Shown here one piece after another: positions 13,663 to 26,060 of a stretch of DNA of 64,000 bases (the first letter of the stretch is position 1; the number at the start of each line of letters is the position of its first letter). Origin of the DNA: Eledone cirrhosa (taxonomy: Eukaryota). Where the stretch lies: positions 158,844,001 through 158,908,000 of the forward strand of contig OZ024740.1 in NCBI GenBank assembly GCA_964016885.1. Direction: 5' to 3'. The position numbers were made by a program, and so were the translations under genes. The notes below the pieces were generated by a model that was given only the letters and a program-made list of their open reading frames with translations, was not told where the DNA came from and made no database searches.

Positions 13663-14250
13663 TATGAAAGACGACAGCTGTATAACAAAGTGCAGGGCAA
13701 TAAAGATAGACGGTAGAAACGGAGTAGGCAGACCCAGAAAAACATGGGACGAGCTGATAAATTCCGACCTCACACGCTTACACCTCTCCAAGACAATGTC
13801 ACTGGACCGAGACCTTTGGCGGTACTCAGTAATAGAGAAGACCCGCCTTACCTAAATACAAAGTAAAAACCTACTACAGTCAGTAGGCATCTCTATCAAA
13901 ACACACCCCCGTCCCACCACCTCCACCCCACCCACACCGCCCCTTTCAATGTAAAGTTATGTTGGTCCCACAACATCCAGGCCGAAACAAATGAGATCGT
14001 GTAGGTGTCACGACAAAAAACACACAGTCCACGCTGTAAATGTGGCCGTGTAGGCAACACGGTAAAAACCTCCCAGCCCCACACTGTAAATGTGGTTGGT
14101 GTTAGGAAGGGCATCCAACTGTAGAAAACCCGCCAGACAGTCCTATGCGAGCAAGACAACCACTCTTGCCTCAAGTGGGAAAACCCCCGTCCAAACCCAT
14201 GCAAGCGTGGAACACGGACGCTAAACTTGATGATGATGATGATGATGATG
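13663..14250 (+). mobile_element. RTE family A 3' fragment
   Basis: MKDDSCITKCRAIKIDG...EKTRLT plus the 3' UTR and (GAT)n tail. Confidence 0.9.
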
Positions 14251-14481
14251 ATATATGTGTATATATGTATGTGTGTATATATATATATGAGTGTATATAT
14301 ATATACATATGTGTATATATATATATATGTGTATATATGTATATATATATGTGTGTATATATATATATGTGTATATATATATATATATGTGTGTATATAT
14401 ATATGTGTATATATATGTATATATATATGTGTATATATATATGTATATATATATATATATGTGTATATATATATGTATATA

Positions 14482-14528
<47 letters not shown>

Positions 14529-14583
14529 ATATATATATATATATATATTTGTATATATATATATGTGTATATATATATATGTG

Positions 14584-14633
<50 letters not shown>

Positions 14634-14642
14634 TATATGTAT

Positions 14643-14982
14643 CATCATCATCATCATCATTTTACGTCCCCTTTTCCCTGCTTGCAAGGGTGGGACGGGA
14701 ACTGATTCTGGCTTGATTTCTACAGTTGGATGCCCTTCCTAACACCAACCTCATTTACAGTGAGTGCTGGGTGCTTTTTTGCCGTGGCACCTACACGACC
14801 ACTTTGCAGTGGAATGATATGGACCCCAGTCCCTATCATCTCATTTCTACAGCTGAGTAAACTGGAGCAATGTGAAATAAAGTGTCTTGCTCAAGGAAAC
14901 AACACATCACCCGGTCTGAGAATTGAACTCACAATCTTTCGATTGCAAGGCCAATGCTCTAACCACTAAGCCATATGCCTCC
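14643..14982 (-). mobile_element. Full-length SINE family 2 copy, inverted relative to 11744-12079
   Basis: Reverse-complement match along the whole length. Confidence 0.88.
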
Positions 14983-14984
14983 AT

Positions 14985-15020
<36 letters not shown>

Positions 15021-15024
15021 TGTG

Positions 15025-15083
<59 letters not shown>

Positions 15084-16108
15084 GGCTGCCCATGGGAACT
15101 CCTATACGCAGACGACCTGACACTCATAGCGGAATCAATGGCCGAGCTAGAGAAGAAATTCCAAACATGGAAGCACGGCCTAGAATCAAAAGGCCTTAAA
15201 ATTAACCTGGCTAAGACCAAAGTTCTAGTTTGTAGGAAAGAAAACAAGGCGGCGGTCCCTTCTGGGAAATGGTCGTGCTCGGTGTGTAGGAAAGGCGTAG
15301 GTAGAAACTCCATTTTATGTCCTAAATGCAAAGTATGGGTGCATAAAAGATGTAGTGGGATCACAGGTAAGCTAACTAAGAACATAGATTTTACATGTGG
15401 CCCGTGCTCTGGTGCAATAAGTAGCAGCAAGTGCCCACAAAATACTAGCTCTTTCAATTGCGCAGAGGGTTCTATAGAAATAGTGGACAGTTTCCGTTAC
15501 CTGGGCGATAAAATCAGCAGTGGGGGAGGGTGCTCTGAAAGTACAGTAGCTAGAGTCAGAACTGGTTGGAAAAAGTTCAGAGAGCTTATACCACTATTAG
15601 CTGCTAAAGGGTTCTCCCTAAAAATGAAAGGCAGGTTGTACGATGCCTGCATACGAACAGCAATGTTGCATGGCAGTGAGACCTGGGCGTTGTGTGCAGA
15701 GGATATACGCAGACTAGAGAGGAACGAAGCTTGCATGCTCCGCTGGATGTTTAACAGTAATATACGTGAACGGCAAAGCATAAACGAACTAAGGAAAAAA
15801 TTAGAAATAAGAGGGATCAGATGTTGTTTACTCGAGAGAAGGCTACGTTGGTATGGACACGTGATGCGCATGAAAGTCGATAGCTGTATAACAAAGTGCA
15901 GGGCAATAAAGATAGACGGTAGCCACGGAATAGGCAGACCTAGAAAAACCTGGGACGAGCTGATAAACTCTGACCTCACACACTTACACCTCTCCAAGAC
16001 AATGTCACTGGACCGAGACCTTTGGCGGTACTCAGTAACAGAGAAGACCCGCCTTACCTAAATACATAGTAAAACCTACTACAGCCAGTAGGCATCTCTA
16101 ACAAAATA
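15084..16108 (+). mobile_element. RTE family A fragment: RT YADD, PHD finger and C-terminus in one open frame
   Basis: [12 protein letters not shown]...WSCSVC...CPKCKVWVHKRC...CGPC...FRYLG...RLRWYGHV. The 3' UTR is truncated at about 16108. Confidence 0.93.
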
Positions 16109-16109
16109 C

Positions 16110-18564
16110 CTGCTGATGGCGACAGATGAAGTCTGTGGCTGGAGCAGGCCTGTAGGCAGGAGGAGAGTAACATGGTGGTGGAACAGTAGGGTGGAGGGGT
16201 CAATTAAGGCCAAAAAGCAGGCTTGGAAAGTATGGCGGGATGGGGGAAGTAGAGAAGACTATCAAGTGGCTAGGAGACAAGTATACTTCGCAAGAAGGGA
16301 AGCAGAGGAAAGAAAGTTAAAGCATGTTCTACAACGCGACCAAAAACGTGAGGTGTTCAGGATTGCTAGGCAATGTGTCAAGGAAAACCGTGATATTGTC
16401 GGGGAGAAGTGTGTACTTAATGATGACGGGGTACTTGCCATCACAGACGCTGATAAGAAGGTAGCTTGGAAGGCTACTAAATGAGGAGAATAAATGGGAG
16501 AAAGACAGTCTCCCCCACATCGACCCAATAGAGGGACCAGCAGTGTTAGTCGAGGGTAGTATAATAAGTAAGGCAATCAAGGATATGAAGACGGGTAAGG
16601 CGGCTGGGCCTTCGGAAATAGTTGCTGAGATGCTGAAGGCATCTGGCTCAGTGGGACACACCATGGTCACCCGCATAGTTAACCAAGTCGTACAGAATGG
16701 GGTTGTTCCGAAGGACTGGCATAGCAGCATCATCGTTAACTGTTATAAGGGTAAAGGAGATGCCCTAGATAGGAGTAACTATAGAGGCATTAAACTAATC
16801 GACCAGGTCATGAAGGTCACGGAAAAAGTAATAGCGCAACTAATCAGAGAGAGAATTGATCTAGATGAAATGCAGTTCTGGTTTGTGTCAGGCAAAAGTA
16901 CCACAGACGCTCTTTTCATTGTACGTCAACTACAGGAGAAGTACCTAGCTAAAGGTAAACCCCTCTACTTAGCTTTTGTCGACTTGGAGAAAGCCTTCGA
17001 CAGAGTCTCCCGTTCCATTATCTGGTGGGCCCTTAGAAAACTAGGCGTTGACGAATGGCTTGTGAGGGCTATACAAGCCATGTATAAAGAAACAGTCAGC
17101 AAGGTTAGAATTAACAACGAATATAGTGAAGAGTTTAGCGTAAAAGTTGGCGTCCATCAGGGCTCTGTTCTCAGCCCCCTACTATTTATTATTGCCCTTC
17201 AGGCTATAACAGAGGAGTTCAAGACCGGCTGCCCATAGGAACTCCTATACGCAGACGACCTGACACTCATAGCGGAATCAATGACCGAGCTAGAGAAGAA
17301 ATTCCAAACATGGAAGCATGGCCTAGAATCAAAAGGCCTTAAAATTAACCTGGCTAAGACTAAAGTTCTAGTTTGTAGGAAAGAAAATAAGGCGGCGGTC
17401 CCTTCCGGGAAATGGCCATGCTCAGTGTGTAGGAAAGGCATAGGTAGAAACTACATTTTATGTCCCAAATGCAAAGTATGGGTGCATAAAAGATGTAGTG
17501 GGATCACAGGTAAGCTAACTAAGAACTTAGATTTTACATGTGGGCGGTGCTCTGGTGCAATAAGTAGCAGCGAGTGCCCACAAAATACTCTTTCAATTGC
17601 GCAGAGGGCTCTATAGAAATAGTGGACAGCTTCCGTTACCTGAGTGACAAAATCAGCAGTGGGGGAGGGTGCTCCGAAAGTACAGTAGCTAGAGTCAGAA
17701 GAGCTTATACCACTATTAGCCGCTAAAGGGTTCTCCCTAAAAATGAAAGGCAGGTTGTATGATGCCTGCATACGAACAGCAATGTTGCATGGCAGTGAGA
17801 CCTGGGCATTGTGTGCAGAGGATATACGCAGACTAGAGAGGAACGAAGCTTGCATGCTCCGCTGGATGTGTAATAGTAATATACATGAACGGCAAAGCAT
17901 AAACGAACTAAGGAAAAAATTAGAAATAAGAGGGATCAGATGTTTACTAGAGAGAAGGCTACGTTGGTATGGACACGTGATGCGCATGAAAGTCGATAGC
18001 TGTATAACAAAGTGCAGGGCAATAAAGATAGACGGTAGCCATGGAATAGGCAGACCTAGAAAATCCTGGGATGAGCTGATAAACTCCGACCTCACACACT
18101 TACACCTCTCCAAGACAATGTCACTGGACCGAGACCTTTGGCGGTACTCAGTAATAGAGAAAACCCGCCTTACCTAAATACATAGTAAAACCTACTACAG
18201 CCAGTAGGCATCTCTAACAAAATACACCCCCGTCCCACCACCCACACCCCCATCCATACCACCCCCTCCTAAGTAAAGTTATGTTTGTTCCACAACATCC
18301 AGGCCGAAACAAATGAGATCGTGTAGGTGTCACGATAAAAAAACACACAGTCCACGCTGTAATGTGGCCGTGTAGGCAACACGGTAAAAACCTCCCAGTC
18401 CCACACTGTAAATGTGGTTGGTGTTAGGAAGGGCATCCAACTGTAGAAAACCTGCCAGACAGTCCTATGCGAGCAAGACAATCACTCTTGCCTCAAGTGG
18501 GAATACCCCCGTCCAAACCCATGCAAGCGTGGAACACGGACGTTAAACATTGATGATGATGATG
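16110..18564 (+). mobile_element. RTE family A, longest 5'-truncated copy (pseudogenised RT)
   Basis: [42 protein letters not shown] and YADD, with stops and frameshifts. Full 3' UTR and (GAT)n tail. Confidence 0.93.
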
Positions 18565-18647
18565 ATATGTGTGTATATATATATATATATATGTGTGTAT
18601 ATATATATGTGTATATATATATGTGTGTATATATATGTGTGTATATA

Positions 18648-18686
<39 letters not shown>

Positions 18687-18789
18687 ATATATATATGTGT
18701 GTGTGTATATAGATATATATATATATAATTATATATGTATATATATATATATGTGTATATATATATATGTGTGTGGGGAAACTAGACGC

Positions 18790-20565
18790 ATTAAGTATGT
18801 TGACCAGGTCATGAAGGTCACAGAAAGAGTTATAGCGCAACTAATCAGAGAGCAAATTGATGTAGATGAAATGCAGTCTGGATTTGTGTCAGGTAAAAGT
18901 ACCACAGATGCTCTTTTCCTTGTACGACACCTACAGGAGAACTTCCTAGCTAAAAGTAAACCCCTATACTTAGCTTTTGTTGATCTGGAGAAAGCCTTTG
19001 ACAGAGTCCCCTGTGCCATTATCTGGTGGGCTCTTAGAAACTAGGTGTTGAATGGCTTGTGCTAGCTATACAAGCTATGTATAAAGAAACAGTCAGTAAG
19101 GTTAGAATTAACAATGAATATTGTGAAGTATTTAGTGTAAAAGTTGGTGTTCATCAAGGCTCTGTCCTTAGGCCCCTCCTATTTATTATTGCCCTTCAAG
19201 CTATAACAGAGGAGTTCAAGACCAGCTGCTGATGGGAACTTCTATACAAGATGATCTAACTCTCATAGCTGAATCGATGGCTGAACTAGAGGAGAAATTC
19301 CAAACATGGAAGCATGGCCTAGAATCAAAAGGCCTTAAAGTTAACTTGTCTAATACTAAAGTTCTAGTATGTAGAAAGGAAAATAGGCCGCAGGTGCCCT
19401 CTGGGAAATGGCCATGCTCAGTGTGTAGGAAAGGAGTAGGCAGAAATTCCATTTTTATTTCTCAAATGCAAACTATGGGTACATAAAAGATGTAGTGGAT
19501 CACAGGTAAGCTATCTAAGAACGTATATTTTACATATGGCCGATGCTCAGGTGCAATAAGTAGCAAGTGCCCACAGGATACTAGCTCCTTCTATTGCCCA
19601 GATGGTTCTATAGAAATAGTGGACACCTTCCGTTACCTGGGTGACAAAATCAGCAGTGGTGGAGGGTGCTCTGAAAGTACAGTAGCTAGAGTCAGAATGG
19701 GATGGAAAAAGTTCAGGGAGCTTATACCACTATTGGCCGCTAAAGGGTTCTCTCTAAAAATGAAAGGCAGATTGTATGATGCCTGCATATGAACATCAAC
19801 GTTACATGGCAGTGAGACATGGGTGTTGTGTGCAGAGGATCGAAGCATCCATGCTCTGTTGGGTGTGTAATAGTAATATACGCGAATGGCAAAGCATAAA
19901 TGAACTAAGAAATTAGGAATAAGAGGGATCAGATGCTGTTTACTCGAGAGAAGACTACATTGGTATGGTCACGTGATGTGCATGAAAGACGACAGTTGTA
20001 TAAAAAAGTGCAGGGCGATGAAAATTGATGGAAGTTACGGAGTAAGTAGACCGAGAGAAACCTGGGACCATTTGATAAATTCCGACCTTACACACTTACA
20101 CCTCTCTAAGACAATGTCACTGGACCGAGATCTTTGGCGCTACGCAGTAATACAGAAGACCCGTCTTGCCTATGTATAAAGCGAAACCTACAGTCAGTAG
20201 GCATCTCTTAACCAAATATATACTCTATTGCACTACCCCTACTCCACCCCCATCCCCACTCCCACCAACACACCCTTTCTCCGTAAAGTTATGTTGGTTC
20301 CACAACATCCAGTCCAAAATAAATGAGGTCATATAGGTGTCACGACAAAAAAAAACACAGTCCACGCTGTAATATGGCCGTGTAGGTAACATGGTAAAAA
20401 ACCTCCCAGTCTACACTGTAAATTTGGTTGGTATTAGGAAGGGCATCCAGCCGTAGAAAACCCGAGCGATACATGATCACACGACCAATCTTACCTCAAG
20501 TAGGACAATTCGCGTCTAAACCCATGCTAGCAAGGAAGATAGACGTTAAACGATGATGATGATGA
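18790..20565 (+). mobile_element. RTE family A, more diverged copy
   Basis: [13 protein letters not shown]...[15 protein letters not shown] remnant, 3' UTR and (GAT)n tail. Confidence 0.92.
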
Positions 20566-20591
20566 TATATATATATATATGTGTGTATATA

Positions 20592-20816
20592 TAAATGTAA
20601 TCTGAGTTTTTCGAATATTAATAATAACATTCGATTCATTTGCAATTATGCAAACAAGCCTCAATTTTATAGCAGTTCTGTTCGAATGCCAACACAAGAG
20701 CAAGAATGAAGTGTTCATTCTACTGACATGGCTATAAAATTGAGGCTTGTTTGCATAATAATTGCAAATGAATCGAATGTTATTATTAATATTCGAAAAA
20801 CTTGGATTACATTTAT
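20592..20816. repeat. Fold-back inverted repeat (~80-bp arms), probable Penelope-like pLTR relic
   Basis: Arms AATGTAATC...TTTTATAGC / GCTATAAAA...GATTACATT with a spacer of about 55 nt, embedded in TA repeats. Confidence 0.7.
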
Positions 20817-20920
20817 TTTATTCAGCCATGTAGAGCAAAATTTTCTTTTTTATGTGTATATATATATATATATATATATTAATTCAAAATATTAATAAAT
20901 ATAGACATTCATGTAATCAA

Positions 20921-20992
20921 ATATATTTTATTATATATATTTCAGAGGTACTATGCTGTTTCCTCAGTACGTCCTCATCAGATAAAATATAT
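20921..20992 (-). ncRNA. Minimal type I hammerhead ribozyme motif
   Basis: Minus strand: AUAUAUUUUAU-CUGAUGA-[GGAC GUACUG...UAGUAC CUCU]-GAAA-UAUAUA-UA-AUAAAAUAUAU. Perfect 11-bp stem I, intact core, palindromic stem III. Confidence 0.8.
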
Positions 20993-21511
20993 AAATTGAT
21001 GTCTGACATACCTCAACTGTGCTGATGGTTCAATTCCAGTCTTGACTGCCAAGACTGATATAATTCACAAATCATGAGCGTGATTCATTTTCTATGAACA
21101 CATCAATACACTTTATTTTTTCCTTTATGGAAAATTTAACCTAAATCTGGTATACAATACATAGCATACCATTATAACATTTGAACATCTTAACAAATAT
21201 TGATAACATGAAATATAACAATGTTGGTACTGTTTCCACCTCCATGTCTACAGAATTTGAAGACTTTGATGAGTTATTCCCCTTGTATTTATTAGCACCA
21301 TAGCACACAAACACACCTCTCTACCTGTTTTCAATCTATTTTTTCATATAAACATTTATACATATAGCTGATCTTTCGGACTTTTACAAAACGCTAGTGG
21401 GGATAAATTTAATATAAAGAATGTCCTGTTTATGCACGTAGATGTTATAAAATGGCTTGCGCCTAGCTGATATCTGGGAAACATGTTTTTACGCTATTAT
21501 ATTACAATGTA

Positions 21512-21695
21512 GGCGGTGGATTGGCAGTATCGGTAGAGGGTCGGACGCCATGCTTTCCAGCATAGTTACGTCCCTTTACGATCTGAGTTCAAATCCCGCC
21601 GAGGTTGATTTTGCCTTTCATCCTTACGGGCTCGATAAAATAAAGTACCAGTAATGCACTGGGTAATTGCTAGCCTTGTGCCTAAAGTAGAAACA
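21512..21695 (+). mobile_element. SINE family 1 with 16-bp TSD
   Basis: ATTATATTACAATGTA at 21496-21511 and 21696-21711. Confidence 0.9.
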
Positions 21696-22383
21696 ATTAT
21701 ATTACAATGTATCGTTTATCTCCATGTCTAGATGTGAAGATCCAGCTTTACATGTGTCCTAGTCTCTGCTGGTTCTGTCTGACAGTAGGTGGAATGAATT
21801 CTAATTAGTTATGTAGTCCTCTGCTTTGACTATGAAATTTGAGGTTGGTATCCAGCCCATATTATGAGGGCAGGATGGATGGTGCACAATGTTAGCCATC
21901 TTGCCTTCAGTCATGAAAATTGCTACAAAAATGGTTAGCAGATTCAACTGTTCATTAACAAAGCAGTGAGGAGACAGTACATTAGCTGATACTTGTATGA
22001 GGGTCAGACCGGAGCTGAAAGGCTGCTTGGCTTTTGACAAGTGTGAACATTACAGCTGAAATCACCATAAAAATGGCCACCTGGGCACAGATTCATGACA
22101 GGGCTTGCAACTATGCTGGGTACAGATATATCATCACTTAATGTTCTATAGGAAGCTGGTGGAAATAGCTAAGTTATCTAAGTTATCCAAACTTTTTTCT
22201 ATACTCAAATAATCATTATATTTGCCACACAATGGTTATATTTGTTATCCTATAAGATTATAATATTTTTTATTTAATTAGGATTTATTATGATATTCAA
22301 ATATTTTTACTCTATTGCATTATATAACAAATTTCATGCTGCATTTCATTTTGCACATTTGCAGCTCGGAGTAAAATATATAT

Positions 22384-22569
22384 AAAGTTCCACAACAAAT
22401 TAGCAAACCATATTTGGGGACGCGCGTTTCACCTAACAGATTCACATCTTGAGTGAGGTTGTGTTGAGAACGGAAGGGTTCTCAGCACAATCTCACTCGA
22501 GTAGCAAATCTGTTGGGTAAAACGTGTGTCCTCGTGTAGGGTTTGCTAATTTGTTATTGAACTAACTTT
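22384..22569. repeat. Imperfect ~80-bp-arm hairpin, probable inverted Penelope pLTR relic
   Basis: 6-nt loop GGAAGG. The arms contain GACGCGCGTTTC and its decayed complement AAAACGTGTGTC (hammerhead GAAA-CGCGCG-UC end). Confidence 0.75.
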
Positions 22570-23380
22570 ATATCGAACATGTCCTATGAACTTACTACGG
22601 ATTTGACCTTCCGGGATTTTACCACTATATATATATATATATATAAAATTGAGTGCTAAACAACCAAAGTATATTATAAATCTATGTTTGTATATATATA
22701 TACAGTATTGAGTTAACTGAGTCTTTGGAAATGTCTATATAAATGCACTGTTTATGTAGACATAAACGTGCCAAATAAAATTATTTCCATGTAAATTGAA
22801 AAAGAAAATAAACATTAAACTAATTTTTTAGGCTATGGGTTGTCATCAAAAGATTATCTCTGTCACTTATAGTAGTATCACTGAAATTGACGTACTAACT
22901 TGCATATTAGTAGTGCTCATATTGGTTGTTAATTTTGATATATATTAAGTTGTGATAAGCATCAAGCTGTAGAACCCAAGCCAAAATCAGTTCCGTATGA
23001 CCAAGACATGGTCACTTGACCTGGAATTTCTCTCAACAGGATAACTCGTCTAACCCATGCCAGTGTGGAAAAATGGATGTATGATGATGATGAAGCAGCT
23101 GAAGTATACATCTGTATATTTACAGTATATATCAGTAACCAAAACTGTAAATGCTCCAAAGAAGAGCAGTCGTCAGTGATCTCTTGTTTTCTGTTGGTTG
23201 AATATGTATCAGTGTATAAAAGGCTTTGGAATCTTTAAGTACAGTTTGGGAACATGATAACAGATTTTCATATGCCTTTGTGAATTTGTCTTATTGAAAA
23301 GTGGTATTAATTTGCCAGGTCTAGGTAAACCAGCAATATTTTTGTTTTTAAATCTACCAAATATTCTAAGTAAACAAGAC

Positions 23381-23420
<40 letters not shown>

Positions 23421-24504
23421 TGCACACGTGTGTGTGTGGAGAGAGAGAGAGAATGAAAACGAGATTGGGAGCCAACTAGAAGTATTGTATTGGTACTTGA
23501 CTACATTAGATTGGTCTTAATGCAAATTACAACTGTGGATTATTTTCATCTTATTTTTTCTGAAAATGTAAGTAGTAAAAAACCCCCAAACGTTCATTCA
23601 TATAAAATATAATACTGATTTAATTTGAAATTTGAGATCCAAAATATAAAATTTAAACATTGTTAGTGATTGGTGGTCTCTGATAAAATCTTTGCATTTG
23701 ATACAAGGAAACATCTGACCATTGTTTGCAGACAATGGGATAAATATAGACATGTTTTAGTTTCAATAGCATAGTACAATCTATTCAAGACTACTTTGAT
23801 CAGTCAACAAGTTTTTTTACAGGAAAAATAAGTTAGGAAGTGTCTTGGCCAGTGTAATTTGCATAATTACACTACTCAAGGGTAGAAATGACATAAATCT
23901 ATAAGTAAAGATATGATGTAATGAAAGATGTGCCAATGTATCTCAATTAACAAGATAGATTCATATCCTTCTAGAATTATAAAGGTATGTGAGATGTGTC
24001 CCAAGAAATTGTCCCTCTGATTTTTATTTTTTAAATAATAGCTTGTTTTTAATTAAAAATGGTTAATTTGATCAAATTAAACTTGTAATATGTATATTTG
24101 AGTATATTAAAAAATATGCACATGGCACACTTTTGTTCCAACAATATAATAAATTGGGATAACATTATCCCAGTAGTATCCCCATTGCTGAATATGATGA
24201 GTAATAAATAAATAAATTAAGGACTTAGTGCTAAATTATGGATTGGAAAGAGAATTCAGTAGAATGTAATCTTTATTCTGAGATCTATATACCTCTACAT
24301 TATTGAAACAGTTAAAAAGAAAGAATGTTTAATGAGAACAACAAGTTTATGAAGCAATATGAGGTGAACAAAAGAAATTATCATGGGTCATGCAAAATAT
24401 ATGTTACTAAAATGTTTATAACACTAAATAATGTTAGACAGTGGGGCTGCTGTGAAACTGCTGATTGTGGTAGGTGCAGAGGTTATGCATTATATATATA
24501 TACA

Positions 24505-24695
24505 GGGCGGTGGATTGGCAGAACCGGTAGAGGGTCGGACACCATGCTTTGCAGCATAGAGTTACGGCCCTTTGTGATCTGAGTTCAAATCCCACCGAGG
24601 TTAACTTTGCCTTTCATCCTTATGGGGTCAATAAAATAAAGTACCAGTAATGCACTGGGATAATTGCTGGCCTTGTGCCTATATAGGAAACCATT
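24505..24695 (+). mobile_element. SINE family 1
   Basis: Same A box, B box and core as 7323-7545. Confidence 0.87.
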
Positions 24696-24706
24696 ATATA
24701 TATATA

Positions 24707-24892
24707 CAGGGAGACCACAAACACACTCTGAGCTTGATTATTGCATTGATGTTGGCTGAGCAACAAGAGGGTCACACATTGAGTGTCTATAATATCAACC
24801 AATACCATATGACACCAATATTGTAAGAATATTCATTTAAGTTTTCATATGATAAGTATTTGAAATGAGGGAGTGTTTTTTTGGTCACCTTG
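24707..24892. mobile_element. Tc1/mariner-type MITE
   Basis: TA-CAGGGAGACCACAAACACACTC ... GAGTGTTTTTTTGGTCACCTTG-TA imperfect TIRs. Confidence 0.75.
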
Positions 24893-25599
24893 TATATTAT
24901 AATGGAAGGTAAAAACCTGACTGCAATGCCTAGTGGTTTTGGCTTGTATTCGGCAAGCCTTTTCAAGGGTGCACATATATATGCATGTGTGTAGGTATGA
25001 TACCTTTACAAATGTCCAATCAACTAATGTCCTAAAACTCAGTTCCCAACAAATTTCAACGAATAGCTTCTCACAGATGTATCATATATGTTTGTCTATT
25101 TTGCCACAACTACAACATAGCCTGCTCCAGTGAACTAGTACGTCATTTACAAGACTCACTGACGCTAACTCAATGATACATGCGTTGTGATGTCTATAAT
25201 ATCCCATCCCTTCCACCCCTCAATCACAGCTTAAACATGCTTCCTTTCTTTTGCTGACATTTTCTTCACAAACATCAATACAGATACAATATTGTCAGTT
25301 TTTTACTGTTATTTAGCCCCAGGTCAGGCCTGATCAAGAAGTCCTGTATTCAAAGGTGTTTCTGCTGCATGAAGATACTACATGCAGTCCTATTTCATTG
25401 CTCAGCCAACTGGAAATATCAGGTAACTCCTCCTCGATATACTGAAAATAACGGCTAAACCCCTCCATACCAATTATACCTTACTATCTTCAATATAGTT
25501 TTAGCTATACTTTGTCTGAAAATATGAGTTGGTCACAACCAGAATATCTTAAGTTGTAGGTTTGCTTGGTTAGGGTTGAACAGTCCCGAGGACACTCAG

Positions 25600-26060
25600 C
25601 AGCCTTTGGAAGGATAGAGCTCTTACAAAGTCCACCAAAAAGAAAATAATCAAAACATTAGTGTGGCTGGTAGCTCTTTTATGTTTGTGAGTCATGGACT
25701 TTGAAGGAATCTGAGTTGAAATGTGATGTTATAGGCATGCACTTAGAATTAGCTGGGCAGCTTACAGAACAAATGAATCTGTCATGGAAGAGATTGGTGT
25801 CAATTGACAGTCGGTTGCAACAGTAAAGAAAAGGAAACTTGAGTATTTTGGTCATGTCATCAGGGCCCAGAATTTGACTACCCACACTCCTGAGGGACTA
25901 ATACAGGGGATCAGAGAAAAGAAAATGGACAGATGATATTAAGGAATGGATAGGAAGGAGTTTGGCAGAATATACAGCAATGACAAGAGACAGGAAAAGA
26001 TGGAGAGTGTTGGTCCATAAGTCCATAACGCCTGACTCTCAGCTCTGAGGATGAGAAGAA
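25600..26060 (+). mobile_element. Decayed RTE/BovB-like LINE 3' end (a third RTE family)
   Basis: RKLEYFGHVIRAQNL...EG...KWTDDIKEW...DRKRWR remnants. Confidence 0.75.

Noticed and set aside
14984-18113. Long minus-strand ORFs (14984-15457, 15497-15997, 17451-18113)
   Set aside because: They are antisense shadows of RTE coding sequence.
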